Shown one piece after another: positions 1 through 12,974 of a stretch of 64,000 bases of DNA. Source of the DNA: Mobula hypostoma (taxonomy: Eukaryota); contig NC_086097.1 of NCBI RefSeq assembly GCF_963921235.1, positions 220,598,001 through 220,662,000 of the forward strand, written 5' to 3'. Within the stretch, counting starts at the first letter, position 1. Every line of letters starts with the position of its first letter. Position numbers and translations under genes: made by a program. The notes beneath the pieces were generated by a model, which worked only from the letters and a program-made list of their open reading frames with translations, made no database searches and was not told the DNA's origin.

Positions 1-1902
1 ACATGTAGATAATCCAGGTGGTTCTCCGTTCAAACTCTGCTAATCTTAAATTGAGCTACTGTATTGCTCCCCTGGCTTGATGGAACTTGTAGAGTACAGA
101 GTATTCCAGGTCATGACAGTACATAATAATTTTTATTGACATATTTGTTAAAACACCTCAAGTAACATGAAGAACTTTTCCAGTTCTCGAGTCCTGCTAG
201 ATGCTGGCAATCTCACACAGCACAATACAACTGTTTTCGTTTTTGAGTCAGTAATTATAGTCTTGCTTTTGTATCAGAAGAGCAATTCAAACTTCACTTT
301 AAAGCTAAACTACAGCTAATAGTTCGATGCCCTGTAGAAGAAATGTCACGTTGTCAGAGGTGGCATCTACCAAATGCATCATTTGCAAGACGTAGTACTA
401 CAGTGGTTAAATTAATGAACCAGTAATTGAAATCCTATTGTTAAATCATCCAGAGAAGCTATTCAGTAGGAGTACATGAAATAGTCCGATTGTCAAAATC
501 CAAACTGGTATATTTCTGCTCTTCAGAGAAGTCAGCATCCTTACCAGTCCAGCATCAAAATAAAGGAATGAAGATTCCTTTCTACCTCCACTTTGTGCTT
601 CCTGCACTCAGTTATGGATAATCTGGGAAGCAGCACAGTTCACCATTCTGTAGGGGAAACTGCTTAACATTTCCCCTCTGTCACTGGCCAGAAATAAGTT
701 TCTCCACTTCTACTAAGTCACCCTTCACCACCTTAATATCTCTGATTTTATTTCCCCCTCTCATCATCTTTTAGCACTTTGAATGGGCCACTTTCTCCTC
801 TTCACCCCCCTGCATTCCATCATCGCTTTGCTAGCACACCTTCCGTTTTCTGTGTTCTCTCTTCATGCAGGAGATCCAACCCTCTCCGCTTCCTGTTGTC
901 ATACCCTTGCGTTATATTATTCATGCTAATTACTTTTGTTGAGGATCAGTGAGTGAAACCCAATAGCAGATATCAGCTTAGATGATCAACAGTACAATCA
1001 TCTCTCAGTCAGAAGGCCACGGGTTCAAACTTAGGATGACATGTCAGCACAATACAACCTCGCTCCCCAACCTACTCATTCCGGCACTACCCAACAAGGA
1101 ATATAACAAGGAATATGAGCTTTTCAAGTGTAAATTTGGGTGGGTGGGTTGGGGGGGGGGCAATGGAGAGGGAGGTGGCGTGTGATTCAATAGCACTCAA
1201 AATTTGATAAGGGTGTGGAAATATTGTAAAATTGGAGGCCTGCAACGAAAGTATTTGGAGGTCTGCAATGCTTTATATTAAATACTTTATTTATACCCAA
1301 ATTAAATAATGCGCGTTCAATGTGGTGGAAATTCCTAATCAAGATATACACATCGTAGAGTGTGGCATTGTTAGTGCTTCTCGTTTTTAAATTTAAATAA
1401 ATTGCAAAAGAATGCACTCTCTCTTGGGTGTAAACCTCAGATTAGTAAAGAGTTTGAAGTGGATGCTTTGATTTTTCAATGGGAACTACATCTGCTGTGC
1501 ACATTGCAAGAATGTAAAGCAGAAACAGGTCTGCATCTTTAAACATAGGCTGTGGACTTCACTGAGACCAGTCCGACTTGCCAACATTAAAAACGGGATC
1601 AGCAGCAAAGGAGGACACTCCATTGTCTTAGCAATTTGTTCATGAAAGTGGAAGTAGACTAAATTCCGTTTGCCACATATTGCAGCCTTCAAATTTCACT
1701 CTGTTCCCCCTTCCTCTTTTTCTACTTCTCATCAGCTATAATGAAAAAAGGATTGTAATAAAACTGCCAGCGCTCCAACATCAAAGTTGTTTTCAACCAC
1801 GCCATCATGCATGATAATAGTTACACAAAGTTTCTTCAACGGCAATACGCAAACCCAAGACTTGAAGCTCAGAGGCAGCAGGTACACAACCAACTCCAAT
1901 TT

Positions 1903-2242
1903 ATAGAACACAGAAAATCTACAGCACAGTACAGGCCCTTCGGCCTACAATGTTGTGCCGACCATGTAACCTACTCTAGAATCTTCCTAGAATTTCCCTA
2001 CCGCATAGCCCTTCATTTTTCTAAGCTCCATATATCTATCTCAGAGTCTCTTAAAAGATCCTTCTGTATCTGCCTCTACCACCTTCGCAGGCAGTGCATT
2101 CCAATCACCCACCACTCAGTGTGAAAACCTTACATCTAACATCCCCCTTGCACCTACTTCCAAACACCTTAAAACTATCTCTCCACATGATCAATGCCTC
2201 TCTATCAGGTCACCTCTCATCCTCTGTCACTCCAAGGAGAAA
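1903..2242 (-). mobile_element. CR1-clade LINE 3' end fragment
   Basis: Reverse complement of a CR1/HER1-type 3' end (GGTCGGCACAACATTGTAGGCCGAAGGGCCTGTACTGTGCTGTAG...), also seen on + at 51405-51462, followed by decayed ORF2 C-terminus. Confidence 0.7.
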
Positions 2243-2247
2243 AGGCC

Positions 2248-2445
2248 ACACCACACTGACTTGGAAATACACTGCTTTTCCTTAATTACCACAGTCAAAA
2301 TATAGCACCTCACTTCCCAAAGGCACTGTGTGGAGTAACTTTGTCACAAATACTGCAGTACTTCCCACCTTCTCCAAGGGAAATAAAGATGGGCCACCTA
2401 TGATCATGATATTCATATCCAATAAATAAACAAAATTTAAAAAAG
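2248..2445 (+). mobile_element. Old CR1-type 3' end fragment
   Basis: HTTLTWKYTAFP remnant with A-rich end; homologous to the minus-strand copy at ~27270-27460 (YTTLTWKYNIFP). Confidence 0.5.
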
Positions 2446-2451
2446 GAATAT

Positions 2452-2556
2452 AAACAGAAGAAATTCTTCAGATGCTTGAAATCTAGAGTACACACACAAA
2501 GTGCTGGAGGGATTCAGCAGGTCAGGCAGCATCTATGGATAAAAATAATGAACCAA
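2452..2556 (-). mobile_element. Penelope-like element 3' tail remnant
   Basis: Matches the PLE terminus (CAGATGCT..AAAT...CACACACAAAGTGCTGGAGG..TCAGCAGG.CAGGCAGCATCTATGG) and breaks off at about the ribozyme position. Confidence 0.65.
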
Positions 2557-2562
2557 ATATAT

Positions 2563-2742
2563 TCAGCTGTCCTTGGCAATGAATTACACAGATTAACCAC
2601 CCTCAGCCTAAAGAAATCCCTTCTCATCTCTGTTCTAAATGGATATCCCACTACTCTGAGGCCGTGCCCTCTGGTCCTAGGATATTTCATTACAGCAAAC
2701 ATCCTCTCCATATCCACCTTATCTATTCTTTTCAATATCCGA
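2563..2742 (-). mobile_element. CR1 ORF2 C-terminal fragment
   Basis: RTRGHGLRVVGYPFRTEMRRDFFRLRVVNLCNSLP, a typical CR1 ORF2 end. Confidence 0.75.
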
Positions 2743-3221
2743 TAGACCATAAGACATAGGAGAAGAATTAGGCCATCAGGCCCATGGAGTCTGGCCATCA
2801 ATCATGGCTGATTTTTTTTTCTATCTCCTCCTCAATCCCAATTCCCAGCCTTCTCCCCATTACCTTTGATGCCATGTCCAATCAAGCTCTAGCCTCCACA
2901 GCCAAATGTGGCAGCAAATCCCACAAATTCACCACCCTTTGGCTAAAGAAATTTCTCCACACCTCTGTTTTAAAAGGGCGACCCTCTATCCTGAAGCTGT
3001 GCCCTCTTGTCCTAGACTCCCCCACTATGGGAAACATCCTTTCCACATCTAATCCGTCTAGGCCTTTCAACATTTGAAAGGTTTCAATGAGATCCCCCCT
3101 CATTCTTCTAAACTCCACTGAGTACAAGCCAAAGCCATCAAATGCTCCTCATACATTAACCCTTTCATTCCCAGAATAATTCGCGTGAACCCTCCAATGG
3201 CAGCCCAAAACTGCTCACAAT

Positions 3222-3496
3222 CAGTATCAGAATCAGCTTTATTATCACTGGCATGTGATGTGAAATTTGCAGCAGTTCAATGAAATACAAAATTTAGCAG
3301 AGAGAGAAAAAAATAAATAAAATAAAACATAATAAACAAGTAAATCAATTACATATATTGAATAGATCTTTAAAAAATGTACAAAAGCAAAATTACAATA
3401 TATTTTTTAAAAAAGTGATAGAGTGTCCAAAGCTTCAATGTCCATTTAGGACTCAGATGGCAGAGGGGAAGAAGCTGTTCCTGAATCGCTGAGTGA
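3222..3496 (-). mobile_element. Rex1/Babar LINE 3' UTR fragment nested in the CR1
   Basis: ATCAGAATCAG tail plus TTATTATCACTGGCATG and TCAATGTCCATTTAGG..GATGGCAGAGGGGAAGAAGCTGTTCCTGAATC, shared with Rex1 copies at 51875 and 56413. Confidence 0.7.
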
Positions 3497-4156
3497 ATCC
3501 TGAATCCTGAGCACTCCTAGTGCTGTCTGACCAATGCCTTATAAAGCCTGAGCATCACATCGTTGCTCTTATATTCTAGTGCTCTCGAATGAATGCGAAC
3601 ATTGCACTTGCTTTCCTTACCAACAACTCAACCTACAAGTTAACCTTTAGGAAATCCTGCACACGGACTCCCAAGTGCTTTTGCACCTCTGATTTTGGAA
3701 TTTTCTCATTTAGAAAATAGGCTACATCTTAATTCTTTCTACCAAACTGCATGGCCATACACTTCCTTACACTATATTCCATCTTCCACTTCTTCGCCCA
3801 TTCTCCCAAACTGCTCAAGTCTTTCTGTGGACTTCCTGCTTCCTCAACACTACTTGTCCCTCCACCTATATTCATCTTCAAATTTGACCACAACACCATC
3901 AATTCCATCCATCATGCAAATCATTGATATATTAATATGAAGACAAGCAGACCCAATAACAACTCCTGTGGAACACCACTAGTCACTGGCAGCCAACCAG
4001 AAAAAGCCCCCTTTATTCTCACTCGCACCCTGCTAGTCAGTCAATCTTCTATCCATCATAAACACAAGGAAGTTTGCAGATGCTGGAAATTCAAGCAACA
4101 CACATGAAATTTGCTGGTGCACGCAGCAGGCCAGGCAGCATCTTTAGGAAGAGGTA

Positions 4157-4194
4157 CAGTCGATGTTTCGGGCTGAGACCCTTCGTCAGGACTA
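4157..4194 (-). ncRNA. Minimal type I hammerhead ribozyme (stem III ACAT variant)
   Basis: TAGTC CTGACGA AGGGTCTCAGCCC GAAA CATC GACTG. Confidence 0.7.
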
Positions 4195-4489
4195 ACAGAA
4201 GGAAGAGCTAGTAAGGGATTTGAAAGTGGGAGGGGGAGGGGGAGAGCCAAAATGATAGGAGAAGACAGGAGGGGGAGGGATGGAGCCAAGAGCTGGACAG
4301 GTGATGGGCAAAAGGGATATGAGATGATCATGGGACAGGAGGCCCAGGGAGAAGGAAAAGGGGGGGGGGAAATCCCAGAGGATGGGCAAGGAGTATAGTC
4401 AGAGGGACAGAGGGAGAAAAAGGAGAGAGAGAGAAAGAATGTGTGTATATAAATAAATAACGGATGGGGTACGAGGGGGAGGTGGGGCA

Positions 4490-6372
4490 TTAGCAGAAGT
4501 TAGAGAAGTCAATGTTCCTGCCATCAGGTTGGAGGCTACCCAGATGGAATATAAGGTGTTGTTCCTCCAACCTGAGTGTGGCTTCATCTTGACAGTAGAG
4601 GAGGCCATGGATAGACATATCAGAATGGGAATGGGATGTGGAATTAAAATGTGTGGCCACTGGGAGATCCTGCTTTCTCTGGCGGACAGAGAGTAGGTGT
4701 TCAGCAAAACGATCTCCCAGTCTGCGTCGGGTCTCGCCAATATATAGAAGGCCACATCGGGAGCACCGGACGCAGTATATCACCCCAGCCGACTCACAGG
4801 TGAAGTGTCGCCTCACCTGGAAGGACTGTCTGGGGCCCTGAATGGTGGTGAGGGAGGAATTGTAAGGGCATGTGTAGCACTGGTTCCACTTACAAGGATA
4901 AGTGCCAGGAGGGAGATCAGTGGGGAGGGATGGGGGGGGGGACGAATGGACAAGGGAGTCGCAAAGGGAGTGATCCTTGTGGAAAGCAAAGTGGGGGGGA
5001 GGGAAAGATGTGCTTAGTGGTGGGATCCCGTTGGAGGTGGCGGAAGTTACGGAGAATAATATGTTGGACCCGGAGGCTGGTGGGGTGGTAGGTGAGGACC
5101 AGGGGAACCCTATTCCTAGTGAGGTGACGGGAGGATGGAGTGAGAGATGTGCGTGAAATGGGGGAGATGCGTTTGAGAGCAGAGTTGATGGTGGAGGAAG
5201 GGAAGCCCCTTTCTTTAAAAAAGGAGGATATCTCCCTCGTCCTGGAACGAAAAGCCTCATCCTGAGAGCAGATGCGGCGGAGACGGAGGAATTGCGAGAA
5301 GGGAGTGGCATTTTTGCAAGAGACAGGGTGAGAAGAGGAATAATCCAGATAGCTGTAGACATCAGTGGATAAGCTGTCTCCAGAGATAGAGACAGGAAGA
5401 TCTCGAAAGGGGAGGGAGGTGTTGGAAATGGACCAGGTAAACCTGAAGGCAGGGTGAAAGTTGGAGGCAAAGTTAATGAAGTCAACGAGCTCAGCATGCG
5501 TGCAGGAAGCAGCGCCAATGCAGTCGTCGATGTAGCGAAGGAAAAGTGGGGGACAGATACCAGAATAGTTGTGGAACATAGATTGTTCCACAAAGCCAAC
5601 AAAAAGACAGGCATAGCTAGGACCCATACGGGTGCCCATAGCTACAGCTTTAGTTTGGAGGAAGTGGGAGGAGCCAAAGGAGAAATTATTAGGAGTAAGG
5701 ACTAATCCCGCTAGATGGAGCAGAGTGGTGGTAGAGGGGAACTGATTAGGTCTGGAATCCAAAAAGTAGTGGAGAGCTTTGAGATCATCCTGATGGGGGA
5801 TGGAAGTATATGGGGACAGGACATCCATGGTGAAAATAAAGCGGTGGGGGCCAGGGTACTTAAAATCATCGAAAAGTTTAAGAGCGTGAGAAGTGTCACG
5901 AACATAGGTAGGAAGGGATTGAACAAGGGGGGGATAAAACCATGTCGAGGTATGCAGAAATGAGTTCGGTGGGGCAGGAGCAAGCTGAGACAATAGGTCT
6001 GCCAGGACAGGCAGGTTTGTGGATCTTGGGTAGGAGGTAGAAATGGGAAGTGCGAGGTGTGGGAACTATAAGGTTGGTAGCAGTGAATGGGAGATCACCT
6101 GAGCAGATAAAGTCGGTGATGGTGTGGGAGACAATGGCCTGGTGCTCCTTAGTGGGGTCACGATCGAGGGGTAAATAAGAGGAGGTATCCGCGAGTTGTC
6201 GCTGTGCCTCGGCAAGGTAGAGGTCAGTACGCCAGACTACAACAGCAACTCCCTTATCGGCGGGTTTAATAGTAAGGTTAGGATTAGTGTGGAGGGAGTG
6301 AAGAGCAGAGCGTTCGGAAGGAGTAAGGTTGGAATAGGAACAAGGTGCGGTGAAGTCGAGACGGTTGATGTC
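4490..6372 (-). pseudogene. Frameshifted PLE polyprotein: DKG region, RT, Cys linker, GIY-YIG endonuclease
   Basis: KPADKGVAVVVW, YLLPKIHK..GRPIVS, MGTRMGPSYACLF, RYIDDCIG, GTYPCK..CYTC linker, VIYCVRCSRCGLLYIGET.RRLGDRFAEH, RLEEQHLIF..GSLQPDG; split over several frames. Confidence 0.92.
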
Positions 6373-6554
6373 CCGTACCCCCCTCCCCCTTTTCCTTCTC
6401 CCTGGGCCTCCTGTCCCATGATCCTCTCATATCCGTTTTGCCAATCACCTGTCCAGCTCTTGGCTCCATCCCTCCCCCTCCTGTCTTCTCCTATCATTTT
6501 GGATCACCCCCTCCCCCTCTCACTTTCAAATCTCTTACTAGCTCTTCCTTCCGT

Positions 6555-6592
6555 TAGTCCTGACGAAGGGTCTCAGCCCAAAACGTCGACTG
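6555..6592 (+). ncRNA. Hammerhead motif with mutated core (GAAA>AAAA)
   Basis: TAGTC CTGACGA AGGGTCTCAGCCC AAAA CGTC GACTG. Confidence 0.6.
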
Positions 6593-9169
6593 TACCTCTT
6601 CCTAGAGATGCTGCCTGGCCTGCTGCGTTCACCAGCAAATTTGATGTGTGTGTTGCTTCTATTCATCATTGAATCTTTCCTGTAGTACAATGAGCTCTTA
6701 TCTTATAAATTAGCCTCATGTGCAGCACCCTATCAATGGCCTTCTGAAACTCCAAGGAAAGAACATCCTCCAACTCTCCTTTGTCAATCCTGCTTGTTAT
6801 TTCCTCAAATAATTCCAACAGATTTGTCAGGCAGGATTTCTCCTGAAGGAAACCATGCTGACTGTGGCCTACTTTATCATGTGGCTCCATGTACCACAAA
6901 ACCTCATTCTTAATAACGGACTCCAACTGAAGCCAGACTAAATGCCCTATAATTTCCTTTCTTCTGCCTCCCTCCCTTCTTAAAGAGCAGAGTGACATTT
7001 GCAACTTTCCAGTCCTCAGGAACAATTTCAGAGTCCAGTGATTCTTGAAAGATCATTACTGATGCCTCCACAATCTCTTCAGCTATCTCTTTCAGAACCC
7101 TGAGGTGTAGTGCATCTGGTCCAGGTGATTTACCTACCTTCAGACCTACAGCTTCCCAAGCACCCTCTGCTTAGTAATAGCAGTTACATTCACTTCTGCT
7201 CCATGACACTCTTGAATTTCCAGCATACTGCTAGTGTGTTCCACAGTGACAACTGATGCAAACTTCATCCAACATTTCTTTGTCACCCATTTCTAGCCCT
7301 CCATTGTCATTTTCCAGTGGTCCAATATTCACTCTCGCTTCTATTTTACACTTAATAAATCTTAAAAATAACTTTTGGCATCCTCTTTGATATTATTGGC
7401 TATCTGACCTTCATATTTCATCTTTTCTGCCCTTGTAGTTTTTTTGAGCTGCCTTCAGTTGGTTTTTAAAAGGATCTCAATCCTCTAATTTTTATCCTCT
7501 CTTTTGTTTTTATGCTGTCTTTGAGTTTCCTTCTTTACCTTACGGTGACCTCATCCTTCTTTTAGAATACTTCACCTTTTGTATGTATCTATCCTGCACC
7601 TACCAAACTGCCCCCAGAAACTCCAGCCATTGCTATTCTGCCGACATCCCTGCTGATGTCCCCTTCCATCGATTTTGAGCAGCTCCTCTCTCATGCCTCT
7701 GCAATTCCCTTTACTCCACTGTAATACATCTGACTTTAGCTTCTCCCTCTCAAACTGCAGGGTGAATTCTATCATGATTCCTAAGGGTTCCTTTACCTTA
7801 AGGTCCCTAATCAAATCTGGTTCATTACACAACACCCAGTCCAGAATAACCTTTCCCCAAGTGGGCTGAACCAAAAGCTGCCCTAAAAAGCCATCTTTGT
7901 AGGTATTCTTCAAATTCTCTCTCGGGATCCAGCACCAACCTGATTTTCCCCAATCTACATGCATATTGAAATCCACCATGACTATCGTAACATTCCCCTT
8001 TTGACAGGCCTTTTCTATCTCTCATTGTAATTTGTACCCAACATCCTCACTACTTTTTGTGGGCCTGTTTTTAACTTCCATCAGGGTATTTTTACCTTTG
8101 CAGCTTCTTAACTCTACCCACAAGGATTCTACATCTTCTGATCCTATGTCACTTTTAAGGATTTGATTTCATTTTCTACCAGTAGACCCACCCACCTCAT
8201 CTGCCTACCTGGCAGCCCTTTCAAAAAATGTGCATCTTTGGATGTGAAGCTCCCAATTATAATCTTCTTTCAGCCATGACTCAGTGACGCCCACAATGTC
8301 ATACCTGCCAATCTCTAACTACGCTACAAGATCGTCTACTTTATTCCGTATACTGCATGCATTCAAATATAACAGTTTCAGTCCTGTATTCATCATCCTT
8401 TTCAATTTTGCCCCCATGTTACATCTCCACTCATCCCACTGACTGCAATTTTGCACTATCATCTGCCTGTCCTTCCTTGCAATCTCACAACACAGTGCAT
8501 CAACGTGTATGCCAACTGCCCCATCCTCAGCTCCAGCTCCCCTTCTCATGCCAACTTAGTTTAAACCCTCCCTAACAGCTCTAGTAAACCTGCACATAAG
8601 GATATTGTTCCCCCTTGGGTTCAGGTCTAAACCGGGCTTTTTGTACAGATTATACTTTCCCCAGAAGAGGTCCCAATGATCCAGAAATCAAAACCTTGCC
8701 CACTGCACCATTTCCTCAGCCACTCATTCATCTGTACAATCATCCTATTCCTGCCTTGACTAGCACATGGCATGGTGAATAAAAGAGAGATTAGTACCTT
8801 GGAGGTCCTGCTCTTCAACCCCTTCTCTGACTCACTGTACAGGGCCTCTTTCCCCTTTCTACCCATGTCATTGGTACCAATGTGCACCATGACCTCTGGC
8901 TGCTCACCTTCCCTCTTGAGAACCCCTGCAGCAACTCTGACCCTAGCACCTCGGAGGCAACACACCACCCTGGCATCTTTCTCACGGCCACAGAATCTCT
9001 TGTTCATCCTCTGTGGAGCCTCCTATCTCTATCGCTCTGCTTGACTTTACCTTTCCTACTGAGTGTTTGCTGACTGTCACTGCTACTGCTGCTGTGCTCT
9101 GATAGGTTATTCAAGGAGGTATGTTCCTGAGGGGCCACAGGGGAACACAGAACTGAAAGCTTACTCCCC

Positions 9170-9275
9170 TCACTCATCAAGACTCATTCTGATGAAGGGC
9201 CTTGGCCCGAAACCTCGACTCATTATTCCTCTCCATAGATGCTGCCTGACGGCTGAGCTCCTCCAACCTTGTGTT
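9170..9275 (+). mobile_element. PLE 3' remnant with hammerhead core
   Basis: CTGATGA AGGGCCTTGGCCC GAAA CCTC GACT at 9189-9220, followed by CATAGATGCTGCCTGA..GCTGAG.TCCTCCA. Confidence 0.7.
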
Positions 9276-10486
9276 AGAAGAGGAATACAATTCGACTGCA
9301 GCATAATTGTTTGGATAAGCTAGCAATGTAAAAACTGCAGCAAAAATCACACTGGCAGGAGAGGTTAATGGTCACTAAGGGAGGACATGGGAAAAACCAC
9401 CTCGGTGGATTGCCATCTCTCTCACAAGCACTCGTTTAGAACCCACTCAAACAGGCTCCCTACCAAGTGTGAGGCAAATTCATTGAGCAATTTTTCATAC
9501 TGAGTTGCTCCTTATCAAAAACAAGTTAAAAATAAAACACTGTAGCTGCAAAATTAACACCGACTGTATAAATTCTTATCAAGAGACATTGGCTTTAAGA
9601 GCAATTTTATGGGAAACTGCTCTGTAATAACCATTCAAAAAATTGTTCCATTATATAAGTGGCAAATCTATCATTCTGGGGCTGAAGGCAGCACCATAGT
9701 AATATAATAAAATCTTAAAGTGAACTTACATATTTTCCTATTAAATATGTAGAAGATTAAAAGCACGCATCTTCCATAAACTATGATTTTCAAGTGACCA
9801 CGTTTAGTGTGATGAAACTGCATCTCAGCATGATTTCCAATGTGTCACTACCACAAGTGAACCATTCACTTCCTCAAGCCACTTTGACTACTCACAGCTG
9901 AACACAATTTACCAGTCTTTATCCCACATCCATACCTGACTAAAATAAATTGATTTCAGTCTTGAAACTTTCAATTGATATAACATTCACGGATATTTCG
10001 GAGAAAAATGTTCTGGATACCAAATAGCCACATGGTGAAAAGCCTTCCTGATTTAACTCCTAACTACTCCAGTTCTACTTTTAAGAGTGTGGTACTTTGT
10101 CTGCTCCAAAAAAGTGATTAATACTTGAACATCAAACAAAGTGGCAGTGGAAATGGGAGGAATTGTGGCCTTTCTGCAAAAACCCAGCTATTTCTATTTT
10201 TATTCAAGCCTTTCCAGCTTTTCATTTTTATCCCATGCCATTGACACAAAAAAAATTGCATGAGTCTCATCATATTTTACAAAAGGGTAGTGCCTAATCA
10301 TTCCTTAAGTTTTGTAATTACTTTAGATGTGGCTTGATTTGGAAGGACTTTTTTTTTGTATATAGTTATGGAAAGAATTTCTTTGAAATACACTGCCCAA
10401 GTCAAAAATAACCCTTTTCTACAACTTGGCCGAGCCAGGGTGGGGATATAGAACAACTCTCAAAAATGACAACACAGAAACTGTTG

Positions 10487-11162
10487 AGCAACACACACAA
10501 AAATTGCTGGTGAACACAGCAGGCCAGGCAGCATCTATAGGAAGAGGTACAGTCGACGTTTTGGGCCGGGACCCTTCGTCAGGACTAACTGAAAGAAGAG
10601 CTAGTAAGAGATTTGAAAGTGGGAGGGGGAGGGGGAGATCCAAAATGATAGAAGACAGGAGGGGAGAGGTGGATCTAAGAACTGGAGAAGGGAGAAGATC
10701 ATGGGACGGGAAGCCTGGGGAGAAAGAGAAGGGGGAGGACAGCCCAGAGGGTGGAAAGCAGGGCAAAGAGTTATACTGAGAGGGACAGAAGGAGAAAAAG
10801 AGAGAAAAAAAGGGGGGGAATAAAAAAAAGATAAAATAAATAAATAAATAAGGGTTGGGGTGTGAAGGGGAGGAGGGACATTAACAGAAGTTAGAGAAGT
10901 CAATATTCATGCCATCAGGTTGGAGACTACCCAGACGGAATATAAGGTGTTGTTCCTCCAACCCGAGTGTGGCTTCGTCTTGACAGTAGAGGAGGCCGTG
11001 GATAGACATATCAGAATGGGAATGGGACGTGGAATTAAAATGTGTGGCCACTGGGAGATCTTGCTTTCTCTGGTGGACATGGTGTAGGTGTTCAGCAAAA
11101 CAGTCTCCCAGCCTGCGTCGGGTCTCGCCAATATATAGAAGGCTGCACTGGGAGCACCAGAC
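10487..11162 (-). mobile_element. PLE 3' fragment (GIY-YIG C-terminus + 3' UTR), tail-less end
   Basis: Nearly collinear with 4094-4770; hammerhead at 10550-10587 with GAAA>AAAA. Confidence 0.9.
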
Positions 11163-11363
11163 TATCAGTCATTTATTATGAAATCTGAAACAAATGAGCC
11201 CTTTTGGCCAAACATTCTCCTTCCGATTTCTGCTTTAATACTTCCTGTCCCCATCCCCTATGCAGTAACTACAATCTCTACTTGAAAGTACATTTGCTGC
11301 TTTTAGAGCAAGGTTACTGGCCAAATTCATGAGGTGACTCTGCATTGTAAACTGAAAGAAATG

Positions 11364-12120
11364 GTTGTTGTTGTTCAGTCGTTAAGTTGAGTTAAGCCTG
11401 ATTTATACTTCTGCGTTAACTGGACGCCATAACCTACACAAGTGACTTACGCGTGTTGTGAGTATTTATACTTGTGCGTTGGTGTGTCTGCGTCACTCTG
11501 CAATTCGCACACGTCATGCATGCGCACTCACCTGCCCGCGCAAGGCTTCATGGTCATGGTAGTCCTTCTCAGCGCCTTTTTTCGTAAAAGTGAGATGTGT
11601 CCTCCATAATTTCGGAGGTCTGTAAAGCTTTATGGAAAGCATTGCAGCCAGAGTTCCTTCCCTGCCCTTCCGTTGTCCAATGGGAAGCTATCGCAGCGTA
11701 GGATGAAATGCGATGTGACCAATCACAGCTGTTGCGTTCTGCATTGCCGTGACGTGCAGTTACATTTTAGGAGAGGTGCACATTGCAGCAACGCAGGCTC
11801 TCGCAAAGGGTTCCACATCGGCTTTGCGTAGGGTCTGCGGCAACGCAATACTTACGGCGACACGTTGACGCAGAAGTATAAATCAGGCTTAAGACTCTTC
11901 ACAGCCTCATGCGCCATAGGGTTTACATGGTAAAATATGGAAGTAGATTCCCAGGCCTTTCTTCCGCACAGATACTATTGCTGCCCGGGTTGGGACCCGG
12001 CTGGGTTTGAACTCAGGACCATCTGCTGTGACCTTTTCACCTCCGCAAGCCACTTTGAATACTCAGCAGTTGAACACATACTGAAGTCTAGTGCGAATGC
12101 CACTAGACCACCAGCCAGCC
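11364..12120 (-). mobile_element. tRNA-derived SINE with RTE/BovB-like 3' end, split by a MITE
   Basis: A box TGGTCTAGTGG (12100-12110), B box GAGTTCAAACC (12004-12014), 3' end ...AAGAGTC..CTCAACTTAACGACTGAAC(AAC)n. Confidence 0.65.
11395..11889. mobile_element. Non-autonomous DNA transposon (MITE), probably PIF/Harbinger
   Basis: TIR AGCCTGATTTATACTTCTGCGT / ACGCAGAAGTATAAATCAGGCT flanked by TTA and TAA (a TTAA reading is also possible). Confidence 0.85.
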
Positions 12121-12974
12121 CAAAGAAATGGTAGCATATAAAAAAGGGATTCTGTCCATTGAGTGAAGCAAGCTCTGTCATTATGATCCACCAGGCTCGC
12201 ACATTCATTACATTTAAAACCAAAACACATTCTTCCCAGAAGCAATCTTTTATAAACAGGTCTCAGCGGATGTTTTCCACATAGCTGAAAATACTTTTCA
12301 CTAGTTTGTAGAGATAATTAACAATTCCTTGTGAACAGAAGTCAGGAAACATTCTCAGCTTCAACGAAAGCTAGCAATGGCAAAAATCTTCCAACTTTCT
12401 GATTAAAAGGCACATGTGGTAATGGTCATAGTACTCAATAAGATGGAAAAAGTAAGTTTCTTCATTTCTATAACTTTTAAACAACCAGGATATCACGTGC
12501 GTCCAATTCTGACATTATTATGTCCAATCCTTAGCAATGTTTCAAAATTTCTTTCTTGCAAAACGCTAATTTTAGCCAGGAGATTCAAAAATATCTTCCT
12601 CAGCAACATGCCTAAGGTAGTCAGTGATTAGAATAAAGGAAATGCTTGAAAAATCAACATGACCATGAATATAATAAAACCAGCCACATGGTGGATTTTA
12701 ACATTTAATGAGCAGCTTAGCTGTAATTTTGTCTTCTGAGAACTGGACCATAACCATGCTAAAGTTAGCAGTGTAATAATTTTTAAAAAGCATAAATTGC
12801 TGAGAGCATTAAAAAGGTCAAACAGCATCTGTGAAGAGAGAAACAAAGTTAACATTTGTGGTGAATGGCATTTCATTTCTCTGAAACAAAAAGTCACAGG
12901 TCATCATGGTGGCAAGGAAAAAGGGGAAGGGGGAGAGGGCAAAAGGAAACAGGAAATGAGGCTGGAGAAATGAC

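Larger units (their letters stand above)
4060..6655 (-). mobile_element. Penelope-like retroelement (Neptune-like), 5'-truncated, with an inverted 3' copy; 14-bp TSD
   Basis: RT + GIY-YIG on the minus strand; + strand copy of the 3' UTR at ~6372-6655; TSD CTTCTATCCATCAT 4046-4059 / CTTCTATTCATCAT 6656-6669 (1 mismatch). Confidence 0.95.
2743..9060 (-). mobile_element. Near full-length decayed CR1 LINE (ORF1 SGNH esterase, ORF2 APE endonuclease + RT), interrupted by a Rex1 fragment and a PLE
   Basis: 8627-9007 VVCCLRGARV...VHIGTNDMG (esterase-like ORF1); ~8330-8400 LYLNACSIRNKVDDL and 7572-8025 (APE); 6666-7025 QHGF..KSCLTNLLELFEEIT (RT); 2882-3127 ORF2 C-terminus; 3' tail at 2743. The RT sequence continues across the PLE insertion (GKI..|WIED). 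Confidence 0.9.

Noticed and set aside
4490..6372. Selenocysteine recoding as in Naiad PLEs
   Set aside because: No conserved in-frame TGA at Cys positions among the copies; the disruptions are private indels
9730..9737. Minus-strand microexon (TAG|GAAAATAT|GTAAGT)
   Set aside because: 8 nt is not frame-preserving and no host gene is evident
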